Source: Macrostomum lignano
Taxonomy: Eukaryota
DNA: 39,880 nucleotides
Assembly: GCA_002269645.1 (NCBI GenBank)
Contig: NIVC01000970.1
Coordinates: forward strand, 1 to 39,880
Reading direction: 5' to 3'
Made by a program: the position numbers and the translations under genes
The notes under the pieces: model-generated
Told to the model about the DNA's origin: nothing
Seen by the model: only the letters and a program-made list of their open reading frames with translations
Database searches by the model: none
Shown: one piece after another, positions 39,377 to 39,880 of the stretch
Layout of the letters: each line of letters opens with the position of its first letter
Position numbering within the stretch: position 1 is the stretch's first letter

Positions 39377-39880
39377 CGACAGAGACCTGCAGACCAGAGA
39401 CACTTGCACTGAGTGGGGCACAGAAGTTGGGGCGTCAATCCCGACTCATCGGTCACAGCGGCAGCAGCGGAGGCCTTCATACAGAATGAAAATACGTGAG
39501 AAAAATGCCACTCAGTTTTGAGCAGTCGCGGATTGGCACGCAATGATTGCCAAAAAATAAAAGGAGAGAGAAAGGTGGGCGAACAGCGGAGCAGTGGACT
39601 CGCGAGCCGCTCGCCCTCCAGCTCAACTCTCCCCTCGATCTGTCAAGCGCCCCAACTGAGCTGTGTAAAACTCGTGATTCCCCTTCACAAGAGTGTGGGA
39701 GCAAAAAACTGAAGACAAAAAATTCTTGACAATTGCCGGCCACTGCGAGGAACAAAGCAGCTTTGAGGGAGCGAGAGCGAGAGGGCAGGCAGAGGGAGGT
39801 GACGGGATCTGCATAATGAATTCTTAACACCACCATCTAGAAGAAGACTTTTTTGAGATTTCTCGATGAAGAAGAAGAGG

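Noticed and set aside
39400-39480. CPTQCKC (minus strand) resembling an LRR N-terminal cap
   Set aside because: No LRR repeats follow, splice sites are weak, and the frame runs into the (TC)n tract.

Overview
Eukaryotic (animal) genomic DNA; no prokaryotic features. Three zones. (1) 1-~5440 is very AT-rich (about 20% GC in lines I counted by hand). It holds a 2.19-kb non-autonomous Mutator-like element (9-bp TSD) with a 194-bp hAT-type MITE (8-bp TSD) nested inside, a possible solo LTR, and a tRNA-like head cut by the window edge. (2) ~5.4-33.5 kb is a patchwork of more than 20 micro/minisatellite arrays (units 4-43 bp, roughly half of the zone) separated by short unique spacers. Several arrays are related to each other, and one forms a ~1.2-kb-arm palindrome around a duplicated 77-bp spacer. 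Nearly all long ORFs in the track are translations of these arrays. (3) 34397-36866 (+) is one large GC-rich exon encoding a protocadherin: signal peptide, 7 cadherin repeats, TM helix. It is broken by three single-base frameshifts that look like long-read errors. The repeat landscape and GC-rich coding style are compatible with a flatworm such as Macrostomum (inference only). I found no clearly new biological system; the best leads are the satellite/transposon relationships, the palindrome, and two cryptic minus-strand exon chains.
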